A stretch of 63,940 bases of DNA, filler included, from Folioceros fuciformis (lineage: Eukaryota), in NCBI GenBank assembly GCA_049999805.1. It is 5 parts of 4 records of this genome, joined end to end, with 100 filler letters (N's around TTAATTAATTAA, not from the genome) between each part and the next. Parts side by side here need not be neighbours in the genome. Positions count along the whole stretch, not along the records: positions 18,222 to 32,396 come from JBNGIO010006042.1; positions 32,497 to 50,343 come from JBNGIO010006043.1; 3 more parts are not named here. The stretch is one strand, 5' to 3'. Below the pieces are notes generated by a model. It ran no database searches. It was not told the origin of the DNA and saw nothing but the letters and a program-made list of their open reading frames with translations. Below, piece by piece: positions 21,201 to 33,686 of this stretch (position 1 is the first letter of the stretch; every line of letters begins with the position of its first letter). A program made the translations under genes and the position numbers.

Positions 21201-23257
21201 ATGCCACCTGCGCTCCCAGAAAACCAGGCTGCCCCTGCTGATTCAGAGGAGGAGGACTTACCTCCTGTAGAGGTTGATTTACCCCCTGTTGAGGCAGTGC
21301 CTCCTCCCCGTTACAATCTTAGAGCACGAGTTCCTCAGGATCAATGGAAAGAGCAACCCTACAAGTCCATTGACTTCCGTAACAGGCACTCTGCTCACAC
21401 AGCAGTCACTGGGAGTGCTCCCTTATATCTAGACCCTACCTCTATGGATGAAGCTTATTCAGGACGAGATGCCCATCACTGGCAAGCTGCAGTAGAGGAG
21501 GAATATCAATCTATTGTCAAGAACAATACTTGGGTACTTATAGACTTGCCAGAGGGGCGGAAACCAGTAAGCTGCAAATGGGTGTTCAAAACAAAGCTAA
21601 ATGCTGATGGTGAAATTGCTCGCTATAAGGCTCGGCTTTGTGCACGAGGTTTCAGTAAAGTTGCAGGCCTCGACTACCAGGAAACCTTTTCTCCTGTAGT
21701 CAGAGCACAAAGTATTAGAATCATCCTTGCTCTTGCTGCTGAACTCAACTTAGAACTGCACCAAATGGACGTGTGCACGGCATTTTTACATGGTGAAATT
21801 GAAGAGGAGATATACATGGAACAACCACAAGGTTATGTCAACAAGCAATGGCCTAGAAAGGTACTCAAACTTCTAAAGGCCCTGTATGGCCTAAAGCAAA
21901 GTGCCATGCTTTGGAACAAAAGGTTGGATACTCATCTTAAGAAGTTAGATTTTGTCCAGAGTGATGCAGACTCCTTAATTTACTATCTTGTAGATGGTTC
22001 AGTGTTTTGTATCTTAGCCATTTACGTAGATGACTGCATCTTTGCCTGCACAGACACATCCATTTTAGCAACTGTTAAAAATCTTCTTAGCACTGAATTT
22101 GAGATGAAGGATGTGGGAGAATTGAAATTTTGCCTAGGTGTTCAGGTTCTACGTCGCAGAGAAGCAGGCTTAATTGTAATTCATCAAAAGAAATACCTGA
22201 CTGAAATTCTGAAGAGATTTCAACTTGATCAAGCACGTCCGGTATCGACTCCAGGCTCTGTGGGAGTCAAGTTAACTGCGGACCAGTGCGCCACATCTTC
22301 TGAAGAGATTGCCGACATGGAGAAAGTACCTTACAGGCATGCAGTAGGCTGCCTAATCTTCATCTCCAACTGGACTAGGCCAGACATCGCCTACGCAGTT
22401 AGTGTTGTATCATAGTTCATGGAGAAACCTGGACGAGTACATTGGGCAGCTATGAAGCGGATCTACCACTACCTCAAGGGTACTATGACAGTTGGGCTCT
22501 TCTACCAAGCTGGGCTACCCTCGGGTCTCAAGTTATCTGCATATGCCGACGCTAATTGGGCTTCAGACTCTGATTCAAGGAAGAGCCTTTCCACCTATTG
22601 TTTCCTTCTTGCTGGTGCATCTGTGAATTGGTCCTGCAAGAAACAACAGTCAATTGCATTATCTTCAACTGAAGTAGAATACATCTCACTTACCAATTCT
22701 GCAAAGGAGGCTGAGTGGGAGCGTGCTTATCTCAAGGATCTTCATGTTGAGCAGCTGGAACCCATTGTCCTCCACTGTGATAATAGCTCAGCAATTGCCT
22801 TGGTCGCCACTCCACGATTTCATGCAAGGACAAAACATTTCGAGATCAAGCACCACTATATTAGAGACACGGTTGCAAGGGGAGTTATCAAGGTGGTATA
22901 TGTTCCTACTGCCAAGAACACAACTGATATTTTGACAAAGGCATTGCCTAAGCTGAAGCACAGATTTCATATGGAGTCCCTTGGGCTCAAAGAATTCAGC
23001 CATCTACTCTGAAGATAATAACTGACCTGGAGTGTGTGGGAGGGGTGGGGACCTGAGTCCCCTGATATTCAGACCTTTCCATAAATTAGGTTTACAGATT
23101 GCAGCCTCTGCTGACAGCCCTTCCTACACTGCCTATCTCTGTATGTCCTGTGGCATACACACAAACGTACACTGTCAGGTCAGATAGCTACAAAAACATG
23201 CCTCAGAGTTAGCTTTAGCATCTAGGAGGGAACATGGATGAAGCATACAGTCCTTAC

Positions 23258-23854
23258 CTAGTCTTGTCCCCTCTTCCCTTTGTCCTTCTGTGGGAGCTTG
23301 AACATTTCCTTCGAAAATTTGACCACTCCTGCAGCAGCCTTCTCTACCTCGTCACCATCAGCTGGCGGCAGGGTGCTGATCACCTCACGCCAGCGCACTC
23401 TCATGCCTCTGAGAGGGTCCACTATTGGCACATCTCCGAGGCCCACCACCTCCTCTTTTACAGTCGGCAAGTCGTGTCTGCTAGTCTCCGGGGTGTTTCT
23501 CACAGTGACGCTTGCCGCAATCTCCACTTCCCAGTCGCAGCTCCTCACGTAGTGCTGCAAGTTGAAAGGCTTCCACTCCATGGTTTTGCACCGCTCTGTC
23601 TTCTGCTGAGCCCTAGCCACCGACCTCCTTCTCTTCTTCCCAGCAACCTGGGCGATGTCCTCATCGCCATCTGCAGATTGGTAGCGAGCTTCGCTTCCCC
23701 TCGTCATCTACTCCTGCCACCAGATTATGATGCAGAACAACACAGCTATCACAAACGCGACTTTGGCAAGTAGCTGAGACATGGTGCTGGCGCTGGTCTC
23801 TGTTACTACTTTTGAACGCTGTGAGACGAAGACCTCGACGCTTGAGCTGCCCAT
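23258..23854 (-). pseudogene. Antisense extra ORF in the Copia B 3' region: N-terminal TM helix, ~198 codons, one in-frame TAG
   Basis: ATG at 23854 reads MGSSSVEVFVSQRSKVVTETSASTMSQLLAKVAFVIAVLFCIIIWWQE*. The TAG at 23708-23710 is in frame with ORF 23258-23707 (MTRGSEARY...KKRRR...). Confidence 0.55.
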
Positions 23855-25850
23855 TCCGTTTTCACGAGTTTTGTGCTATCCGTTCATAAATACTGCCTAG
23901 GTTATGTAGGAGTGTGAAAAATATACGTTAGGTATAGTAATGTTAACCTAGGCGTTTACGGTTTAGACTATATAATCAACTCTTTGTTTATTCTCAGTGT
24001 GCTTAATTCATTATTTATTGTTCTCAAGCTTTCTGGCTCTCGTACACACAATGTCAAGCTGCCTTGACACATTTCCAGCATTTTATATTTCTCTTAAAGT
24101 TTCCTAAAGCTGCGACACATCGTGCACAGAAGGCGTTGGAATTAGTCCACACTGATGTGAGCGAGCCCATGCGGAACCCTACACAGGGTGGGAATTGCTA
24201 CATGCTCATCTTTGTTGATGATTTTACAAGGAAGACGTGGACTTACCTTTTGAAAGAAAAATCTCAGGTATTCCAAACTTTTAAGGAGTGGAAGACTCCG
24301 GTGGAGACTGAACATGATGAACGCCTTAAGATGCTTCGGAGCGACAATGGAGGAGAATAAGTTTCTTCTCAGTTCCAAATTTTTTGTAAGGAAAACGGCA
24401 ACTCACAATTCCGTACACCCCGCAGCAAAATGGAGTCACGGAGCGAACAATACAGAGCCTTGTGGAAGTAGCCAAGTGCATGTTGTTTCACAATAGCTTG
24501 CAAGTCAACTTTTGGGAAGAGGCTGTCATGACAGCAACCTATTTTATTGAATAGAGTTCCGACAAAGGCCGTACCTAGTATGACACCAGAGGAAGCTTAG
24601 TCTAGTATAAAACCTGATATCCGACATTTGAGGGTTTTTGGTTCCGTGGTCTATGCTCGTATCCTGAAGGAGAGCCAAACCAAATGGGACGCTAATGGAA
24701 CAAACTGTCTCCTGCTTGGCTATTCAGATGCAGTGAAAGGCTATAGGTTATACAATCTTACTACAAAGAAGGTCTTTTTCAGCCGGGATGTTGTCTTTCA
24801 TGAGGTCGCCAAACCTACTAGTGGAATGGGAGACACTACTTCTTCACCCTTCATCTCGCAAGATTCCCTATCGTCTGACACAGACCACACAGGGAATTCT
24901 ACAGCTCATGATAGTCTTGGACAATTTACCCCATTGCTTGTTGCGCCTTCTCAACTTTCTGACATAGAGGGGGGAAAGAGACACTCTTACTATCATTGCA
25001 GTTGAAGCAGCCGATGCACCTCTAGGAATTGTTGTAGTTGAAAATGACAATGTAGAACTAAGTATTCTAGAGACACAACCAATCTTAAGAAGATCAACTA
25101 GAGAAAGGAAACCTTCACGAAAGCTTTTAGACTCCATCAATGGATGTGTACAGGAGGAGCTAGCATGTTTTACAGATGTTGAAGAACCCCAAAGCCTAAT
25201 AGAAGCATTACAAGGTCCAAAAGCAAAGGAATGGAGAAAAGCTGTGGACAGTGAGTACAACTCACTTATCAAAAATAAAACATGGACAATCACTCCTCTA
25301 CCTCCTAGAAGGAAAAGCATAGGGTCTAAATGGACCTTTAAGATTAAGCGAAAGGTCGACGGTAGCATAGAACAATATAAGGCAAGGTTAGTAGGGAAAG
25401 GGTATACACAAGTCCTCGGTGTGGACTATACCGACACTTTCTCTCCTATTGCTAAGATAGCATCTATCCGAGCCCTTCTCGCTATCGCAGCTGCCTTCAA
25501 TATGGAGATACATCATATGGATGTCCAAACCGCTTTTTTGAATGGTGATCTAGATGAAGAAATATATATATGGAACAACCAGAAGGGTTTGAGATACCAG
25601 GACAAGAAGGCGAAGTTTGTAATCTTCAGAAGGCTCTTTACGGTCTTAAACAATCTGCCCTTGCTTGGTATCGTAAGCTTGATAATCACTTACAGTCTAA
25701 ATATTTCAAGAGAACTAGGGCTGATTGAAATATATATGTGAAGCAAGTGGGAGAATCCATTGTTATCATTGCTGTGTACGTGGATGACTTGATCATTGCT
25801 AGCAACAATGTGGAACTTTTAAACTCAACTAAGAGGAATCTCAAAGAAAG

Positions 25851-28800
25851 TTTTTTTGGAGGAAAAGGATCCTGATTAAATTGATGGAAGGAATCTTCCA
25901 TATACAATACAAAAGGGGACCCCCCTGCTTGCGTATATACAGGGTGAGAATACCATGAGAGAGGGGAGAGCTGACATTGAGTCCAACTAACACTCAGAAG
26001 GTGAACCCCTACATCATGATAGCTGCAAGCTGCTAAGACCACTAAGATTAAACCTCCAATTTTCCCCGATCAAACAGGTTCACCTACCCCAGGGGCACGA
26101 GTGGTTCCAAAACTCCTCATTCCCCGGATCGAGAAAACCAGCCTGCCTCCACTCTTTTCGCTTGAACTGTTTCCAACGGGACTGCCTCAAAGCTTCTGCT
26201 GCAATCAGTAGATGCTCCCATATACGCCACAATAGAGTCTTAGCAGAGGTTGGCTCTCGTCCTCCATAGACCACAAAAGACCAGTTAACCCAAAGACAAA
26301 AAAGACAAGAAGACCACAATAAGCCCCACCATTGAGTCTGAAGTAGAGGTTTCCCGGAGGTTGCATCCAGCCCAAATAAGGCAGATTGCTGCTTGATCCT
26401 AAGATTAGCGCCAGGAAAGATCCTTTGCAACCATCTACCCACCTCCCGCCAAACATCCTGAGCGAAGCTGCAACAAAAGAAGATGTGCTGACTTTTGTTC
26501 GGGGCACCAGAGGTGCACAGTCGACACTTCTTCTCTCCCGTTGCAACTAACAGACCATCCCATCGATCCACATTAGGTAGACATGCCTGAAAAAAACACC
26601 AAACCGTAGTCCTCACCTTGGGAGGTATACCTACAGATTTCCATAGTATTTTGATAGCTTCCTTTTGTTGCCGTACCGATAGCTGCAACCTTGGAGCCAT
26701 TAGTTGTCGTTGCTTGATTTTCTGCGCACGCACCAACCAAAGGAATATGTCTGCCGTTGGGAAATTGAAGAAAGAACGCAAACTAGCCTCCTTGCATCCT
26801 GGACGCCTAGGCCACTGGTAGAGGTCTGGTCTAAAGGTCAGTTCCCAATTTTCCGCCAGTCAAAACCAGCATCTGGCCCTAGACTTGTCCGAGGGTAGAG
26901 GCACCCTAGAGAGTTCAGCCTGAGTGCACTAGCGCCCTGTCAGAAGGGATCTAGAGGGCACTGTGATAGCCCGCAACTCCCCTCTTTGGCCTTCACCATC
27001 ATCCCGACCCTGATCTTCCAAAAGTCCTTCATGCGATAGGACCTTGAATGTCCGTAGCTGCTCCTTGTCCGCTGAACCTGAAAGCCAGACAGCCCTGTCT
27101 AATTCTAGGGAATCCTCATGTTCATCCTCCTCCGAGTCTACACCCTTACTCTCCATGGCGTATGCATACCACCCCTCGGCGCCCGTGCAAGGAGGATGCC
27201 TTAAAACGTGTTGCACCTGACCCCTCTCTCAACCATGAAAAAATGAAACTGACGTGCCGAGCTGCTAACCCAAACTCCCTCTTGACCTCCTCCACCTCCT
27301 TCCATCGGGACTCTGGCCTGTTCCATAAGTGACCAAGCAAGGAAACCCCTTTTTGACATGCCAGCCCAAAGATCTGTGACCTATATACCCTTGGCCTGAA
27401 TTCCGGAGCCCACAGCTTTGCAAATTCAAGCAAAGGAATACCAAGCACATCATCAACATATGAAATATTACCAGGAATAACGTACTGTTTTACCTCTAAG
27501 TAACTGTACCAGATGGATTTGAAGAGTGGGGAGCACTCTGCGGTATCAAGAAGTGGCCTGTCAGCGAGGATGTTGTCTATCGACCGCCTTCCCCTAGGTA
27601 CTGCTTGAGTGCTGTCCAGGTGCTGCGTTAGAAGACTCTTCCATGAATAGCACGCCGGATCTGCCGCTCTGACCACCCATTGAGCATGCAAAACTTTCCT
27701 CTTAGGAACTGGGTCCACCACCCCAAGACCCCCCAGATTGCGCTCTTGAATAATGTGTTGCCAAGCCACTTTATTGCACCCGGCCAAAGTATCCCCCGAA
27801 CGCTTCCACAAGAAGGAGGTCAGCACCTATTGCAATCGTCTCACCTCCGTCTTGGAGGGGGACCACAAAAAAAAAAAAAACCATAGAGAGGCTATAAGGA
27901 TATGGTTAACCACCACCAACCTTCCTCCTAGGTTAAGCTCCAACAGCTGTAGACTCGCCGCCTTCCGAATGAACCTGAGACACATATTTCCCGATCTCTC
28001 CATTTTCATCCTCCTCCTGAAATGGGAGCCCCAAATACTTGTGGGAGGATCCCAAAGACACTCGTCTAATGTGGCCAATGCATTGAGGAAGCTCCCCTTT
28101 CAAATGTAGACACATCATGCGAGTCTTGCTCCAGTTAATTTGCACCCCTAGAGCTCCCCAAAAACCTGAACCTGCTTAAGCAGAGCTTTCAATAAGGCCT
28201 CCTCTGCCGAGGAAAAAAGAAGAGTAACATCTGCAAAAGCAGACACCCTGAGCTGTGTTCCGTTGGGGTTCCGAATACCTTCTACTGTCGGGTCTTGCTT
28301 TACTGCTCGAAGGAAGAAGTCAGTGACAATAATAAACAAGAATGGGGCTAAGGGGCACCCCTGGCGTACCGACCGGTAAATGCCAAAGCACTCCGTAAAG
28401 GACCCATTGACAGCTACCTTGGCACCTGCATCCTCGCACAAAATGGCTATCCATCTGCAGAAATTGTTCCCGAACCCAAAACTGCGCAAGCATCTCCACA
28501 AGAAGTGCCACTCAATGTAATCGTAAGCCTTGTAGAAGTCAAGGGAAATGAACACAACTGCTTTCTCCTATACCTGAACATTGTACTTAGCTTCCCGCAG
28601 GAGAAGAAGGTTGTCCAAGATGCACCTACTTTGAATGAATCCTCGCTGCTCCTTCTCAATCCAATCGTCAAGGAAAAGCTTGATGCGATTGGCTAGTACC
28701 TTGGCGATTACCTTGTAAGTAGTTGTGAGCAAGGTGATTGGGCGCCAGTTGGAGATAGACAAACTGGCGTCTGTTTAGGGAGCAGGGAGATGACCCCCAT

Positions 28801-29773
28801 GTTGAACCAACTTCCCATACTACCATCTTCCCAGATCATGCTCACCGCCTCCATGAAGAGGGGTTCCATAAACTCCCATCCCCAGAGTAAGAACTCAGGA
28901 GGGATACCATCATGGCGCGGGGATTTGTTCCTCGGCATCCCCTTAAGAGCCTGAAACACCTCATCTGCAGTTATTGGCATATCTAGTGCCCTACGCTGAG
29001 TATCAGACACCTTAGCGGAGAGAGAGCCATAGGTAGCTGACTAGAGCTGTTCCCACCCTGCCGTCTTGCCAGCACTAGAGAAGATCCCCCCAAAGAAAAG
29101 GTTAATTAGGGTTCTCAAACCTTCCAGCGAGTCCTGCACCACGCCTTGAGCATCAGGGAGGGCTGGAATTTGAGTCCTATGTCGGTTGGCCGCTACCTTG
29201 TCGAAGAAGAATTTAGAGGGACTGTCTCCTTCCCTCACCCACTTGACCGTGGCCGGTTTAAACCAGCCTCTGGCTCTGTCTTCCTCCAGCTTGGCCAGAG
29301 CAAATTGTACCTCAATTTTCCTAGCCTCTTCGTCCTTTGAGAGGTCCCGGTCGTCACACATCCTTTGTAACCAGCTTAATTCCTCCCTCAAAAAACATTC
29401 CTGTTGAAGCTGCTCGTTTGCTCGTTGGACCCCACGCCTCCTCAAGTACCTAGTCGCTTCGTTGTTAGCACACATCAGTTTATGCACCGTAGGCTCCGTC
29501 CCCTGAGCGATTCCTTGCCAAATGTTCTTGACATCATCAGACACACCTTTTTCCTTCAATAAGGACGTGTTTATTCGGAAATTTTGCATATGTCTCCTTT
29601 GACGTCGAGAATCTGGAGCGAGCCTTAGGTGCAAGCTGATAGGATGGTGGTCAGACAGGAGCGTACCAGCCAGGATATTGTACGACTGCACGAAGGGCAA
29701 CCACCTTGAGGGAATGTAGAACCTATCCAACCTGCGCGCCCCCAAACTCTAGTGTTGTTGGTTGGACCATTTG
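25851..29773 (-). mobile_element. Non-LTR (L1-type LINE) retrotransposon ORF2, degenerate, inserted in Copia A RT
   Basis: Endonuclease end WSN..RLDRFYI..SDHHPI. RT motifs SNWRPITLL, LDFYKAYD, SVRQGCPLAPFLF, AFAD and KYLGLP. zf-RVT PPKVRTTVW..CRLC..QHIFFCC. A T7 tract (poly-A on the minus strand) lies at 25851-25857, where Copia A RT stops. Confidence 0.92.
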
Positions 29774-32396
29774 TGTTGGAAATAAAGCCAACATCTAGTT
29801 AAGTAACGGTCGTTAGGGTTAAGTGAAGCGTTATCCAGTCAAGTATAAAAGACACAACTCAAACACTTTTTGTATTCATTTTTATTTGTTTCGATGAAAG
29901 TTTATCTTGTACGCTCGTCAGCTTACAAAAGAAACATGGTATCAGAGCTATGCTTGATCTACCATTTACATTTATAGAAAATGCCGAGATCGGGTAATCG
30001 CCGTACGAGGAGCAACCGTAGAAGTGTTCGTGGACACGTTGAGGGCACCTACCCACAAAATCCACGATACCTACCTATGGAGATAGTGCTAGATCTCTAC
30101 GAGAAGGATTACTTGCATCTCTGGCTCAAAAACCTAGCCAATAGGCATTCTGGTCCGAACCGCTCTCAACAGCGTAGATTTCCCTTTCCAAATCAGCGTA
30201 CAGACGCTTTGTTCAGGGCACGCTGTATACAGAGAGAACAAAATCCAGAATTGTTCTACAGGAGGCCGGAAATTCCTGGAGTCGAATCAATTCTTCAGGC
30301 TTCCAGATATGTAGACAACAGGGAAAAGCGATCAACTTCAAGACCGGCAGACAGCAGTACTGAAGGCGTTGCGCTTCAATCACTAGCAGTGGCCACGAGA
30401 GTTGAGGAAGACACTTACCTTGTTGCTGTCACAGCAGGAATCTCTTAAGAACGACATCCAAGAAACTAATGAGAGCCTTGGGCAGAGAATCAACGAAACA
30501 TACACAGATTTGAAGATTGACATAAGCAGCCTGGCTACCACCACCGATTTTACACAGGAAATCAGTAGCTTGGCAGAAATGATGACCCAATTGAACTTCA
30601 AAGTGTGTGAATTGAGCCAAGCCTTGGCCCCAGAGCGCCAAGAATCAGTTCTCTTGTGAAACTTCTGCTGCAGAAAGCTGAAACGGCGCGAGGGAGAATC
30701 GAAGCGGTGTTGTTCGTGTGACGAGACGGGTGTGAAGGGTCCTCACCGCTTCACCACCCCAACAGACACCGGCACCTCCTTGCGACTCTTCAAGCCTTCC
30801 GTATTCAGCCTCTCCATCCTGTGTGCTTCGTCCAAGCAGAGGAACACACAGCGGCTAGCGAACTCGAGATAGCATGTACCTGTATTGCATGCTGACTAAC
30901 CACTGCAGATGCTGGGAGGTGAGACGACAGGGCGGAGCTGGAGCAGGCCCACACATGATCATGTTTCGGCACACCAACACCGCCCCGCGTGCTCCTTCCT
31001 GCATCACCTAGGTTAGTAACAAGTAAGGCATCTTTACTCCAACCGTACTGTCTGCTTAAGAGCCTGAAGGCTATCAACTAACTCTGATCATAATCACGAG
31101 TGTGTGCTAGCCTGTCCTCCTCTTATCAGCAGTCAAAGCATCTAGAAAGAACATTAAGTAGTTTCTTCAACTTTACCTTGTAGTTCAGATGGCCACCCAA
31201 CCACCGAATCCTACATTTACCTTAGAATTGAATGAAAAGGATCGGTTCAATGGGACCAAGTATGCTATTTGGAAGGTCCGCATGAAGCCCACCCTCATTG
31301 GTAGAGGGGTGTGGGAAGTGGTAGATGGGACATCCCCAAAGCCAGATCCTAATGCTAGCCCTCCCCCCTCTGCAGCAGACATAGAAAAATGGGATCGTTT
31401 AAATTCCATAGCATTAGCAGTACTGGTCCATGGTCTAGATGAGGTTCTCGTACCTGATGTGGAGTACCATACTACTGGGAAGGGCATCTGGGATCAACTC
31501 GCAGCAATGTATGATGTACAGAACATGCATGCGTATAATGCTGTGCGTATGGAGTTCTACTCACTTCGCTTGCGTGAAGGTGAGAGAGTTGCTCCTCACG
31601 TCACAAAATTCAGACAGCTACGAGCCCAGATGAAGGCTTTTGGATCCAAGACTGATGAAGTTGAGGTTGTAGCACAGTTGTTGACTTCTCTGCCACCCTC
31701 ATATCAAACCTTTATCAGTAGCTTCAATGGTCCTATCTACCAGACCCAGCAAGCTGGAGCTCCTCCTCCCATCACGGTGGAAGAAATCATAGGTGCCCTG
31801 TTTCAAGAAGAACAAGGGCGTATTAACTTTGCAGGGGGACACAAGTCCAAAGGTGACAAAGTCCTTGCTGCAAAGTTCAGAACTCAGAAAGTACCTGGAA
31901 AACCGACTGGAGGTCGAATAGATACATCTTCTGGTTCGTCTCCCCCCCTCAAGTGAACTGGAAAGTGCAACTGGTGTGGTGTGGCTGGCCATTGGGCCCG
32001 TGACTGCCGGAAGAAGATGGCCGGCGAGCCGCAGAAAGTCCAAAAGCAGTCAGCACACGTTGCAGTGAAGGAAAAGGGAGACAGCTCAAAAGGGACTGTA
32101 AAAATCCTTACCGTTTGCCTAACAAGCTCTTTGCACGATGCTGGATGCTTGTACCTGGATTCAAGCGCTACCACACACATCTGCAATGATAAGCACTTGT
32201 TTTCGAACCTAATTCTATGTAACATGAAAGACAAGGTGCTGCTAGGGGATGAACGGAGTGATACAAGCCTGCGAGTTGAGGGTCATGGTACCTGTACCTT
32301 TCTCCTTGATGATGGTTCGACCTTTGTTGTCCATGGTGTACTCTTTGTTCCGGATATGGCCAAGAACCTGTTGTCCTTGAGCAAACTCATGCAATC
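29774..32396 (+). mobile_element. Ty1/Copia LTR retrotransposon C (5' part), inserted in the LINE endonuclease
   Basis: LTR TGTTGG..GAAACA at 29774-29936 and PBS TGGTATCAGAGC at 29937-29948. Gag from 31189 (KDRFNGTKYAIWKVRMK, GLDEVLVPDVEY, related to Copia B), CNWCGVAGHWARDC and YLDSSAT. Cut by the linker. Confidence 0.92.
29981..30720 (+). pseudogene. Extra ORF ('ORF0') between the PBS and gag of Copia C: basic N-terminus plus coiled coil, frameshifted
   Basis: The ATG lies 32 bp after the PBS. ORF 29981-30448 (MPRSGNRRTRSNRRS...) overlaps ORF 30402-30659, which has a heptad pattern (LLSQQESLKNDIQETNESLGQRINETYTDLKIDISSL). Confidence 0.55.
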
Positions 32397-32609
32397 NNNN
32401 NNNNNNNNNNNNNNNNNNNNNNNNNNNNNNNNNNNNNNNNTTAATTAATTAANNNNNNNNNNNNNNNNNNNNNNNNNNNNNNNNNNNNNNNNNNNNATGT
32501 GGGGCGGCCTCGGCCACGGCCACAGACGCAAACCCCACACTTCACGGCCCTCCCTGTCTTCCCTCTTGCTCTCTTCCTTGCTTCCTTGCCGTGGCCCCCG
32601 CCTGCATCA

Positions 32610-32745
32610 GTGGCACTACCGCTAGCACTAGCATCAGCACAAGCACAAGCACCCGCACTGGCAGCAGCAGCAGCATCAACAGCGCTAGCACTAGCACTAG
32701 CATCCGCACCAGCATCAGCACCGGCACCAGAACCAACGACAGCAT
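32610..32745. repeat. Low-complexity GCA-based hexamer repeat
   Basis: Run of GCACTA/GCATCA/GCACAA/GCACCA units. Confidence 0.7.
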
Positions 32746-33565
32746 GATATATATGTAACCCGCTCTCGGAACTGGACTCCCACTCCAATTCTCACTCTCC
32801 TGTTCCCTCCAGTTCTCCAATTTCCGACTCCCGTCTCGTAGGTGGCGGTAGTTCGCCGGTACGATACGTCACATGCCCATTGCCGTTGCCTTCCGCCCTT
32901 GCCTTCCTTGCCGCACAAGGAATCCACCATGCCGTTGCCACACAACACACCATTTCCCTCATTTTTACCATGGCTTCGGGGCGTGGTTGTACACACACCT
33001 CTTACAAGTATGGCCAGTGGGGGGGAGGCGAAAGTGATGAAAAGCGCTCGAGAGCTCACGCTGGCTCATGGACTGCAGGGTCCCGAACTCCGGGGGCCCC
33101 TCCGGCTGCCCGAGGATTGTGGTCAAGGGTGTGGTAGGTCAGGGAACAGCGAGTGCTGTCCGAGGACGGCTCCGTGGGCCCGGCCGGGACGCTTGAAGGG
33201 AAGAACTGGATACATTATGCATTATGCGTTCTGTGTTGGAGTAGAGTATGAGGAGGGTAATGCGGGGGATGGGGATGGCATGTGAAACTGGGAGGTGGCG
33301 GTAACAACCCATCCCTCATGCGCAATGGCTAAAAGGTGGCGAGGCGCCGTGGAATTCGAGGGATGCGTGGCCGCCTGTGCACTCACAAGACGGTGGAGTC
33401 GGGGTGTGGCTTCTTTAAGGGTTTATTCTGAGGCTGGGCCAGGGCCAGCCATTGGTGAGCGTGCCTGCTGCCCGCCACAATCATCTTGCCAAGGTACGCT
33501 ACACACACAACACATTCCAGCGGGAAAGAAAGAGATGGCAGTGGCAGCATGCAGCAGTCCAGGCC

Positions 33566-33686
33566 AGGGCAGGCAGGGCAGGGCAGGGCAGCAGGCAAGC
33601 TGTGATCATGCTCTGACTGGCTGGCTGGCTGGCTGATCTGGCCGGACTGGGCCGGGCTGGGCTGGGCTGGGCTGGGCTGGCCTGGC
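33566..33686. repeat. GC-rich microsatellites (GGCAG)n, (CTGG)n and (GCTGG)n
   Basis: Directly visible tandem 4-5-mers. Confidence 0.8.

Larger units (their letters stand above)
18065..24096 (+). mobile_element. Ty1/Copia LTR retrotransposon B, nested in Copia A, with both LTR ends and a TSD
   Basis: The 5' LTR starts TGTGAAAAATATACG at 18065 and runs into the gap. The 3' LTR is 23913-24096. TSD AAGTT at 18060-18064 and 24097-24101. Gag from ATG 18535 (DRFNGTKFEVWKVRM), GHWERDC, LDSGAT, integrase LVHADI/QQNGVAERKN, RT LHQMDV/IYVDD and RNase H YADANWA...DILTKAL ending at 23012. Several TAG stops. Confidence 0.95.
16191..25850 (+). mobile_element. Ty1/Copia LTR retrotransposon A (degenerate), split by Copia B and interrupted by the LINE
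   Basis: The 5' LTR ends ...TTAACA at 16398, followed by PBS TGGTATCAGAGC (tRNA-iMet) at 16399-16410. Gag KFGGKNFTL*KLKM, zinc knuckle CYYCRKPGHHAKEC, protease YLDSGAS and pre-integrase LWHQR/CPGCQIGK. After Copia B come integrase LELVHTDV/LRSDNGGE and RT YKARLVGKGY, HHMDVQTAFLNG and VYVDDL. Many stops and frameshifts. The LTR start is approximate. Confidence 0.9.

Noticed and set aside
32499-32788. Ala/Pro-rich ORFs resembling an arabinogalactan peptide
   Set aside because: Explained by the hexamer microsatellite, open on both strands, and next to a gap with no real start.
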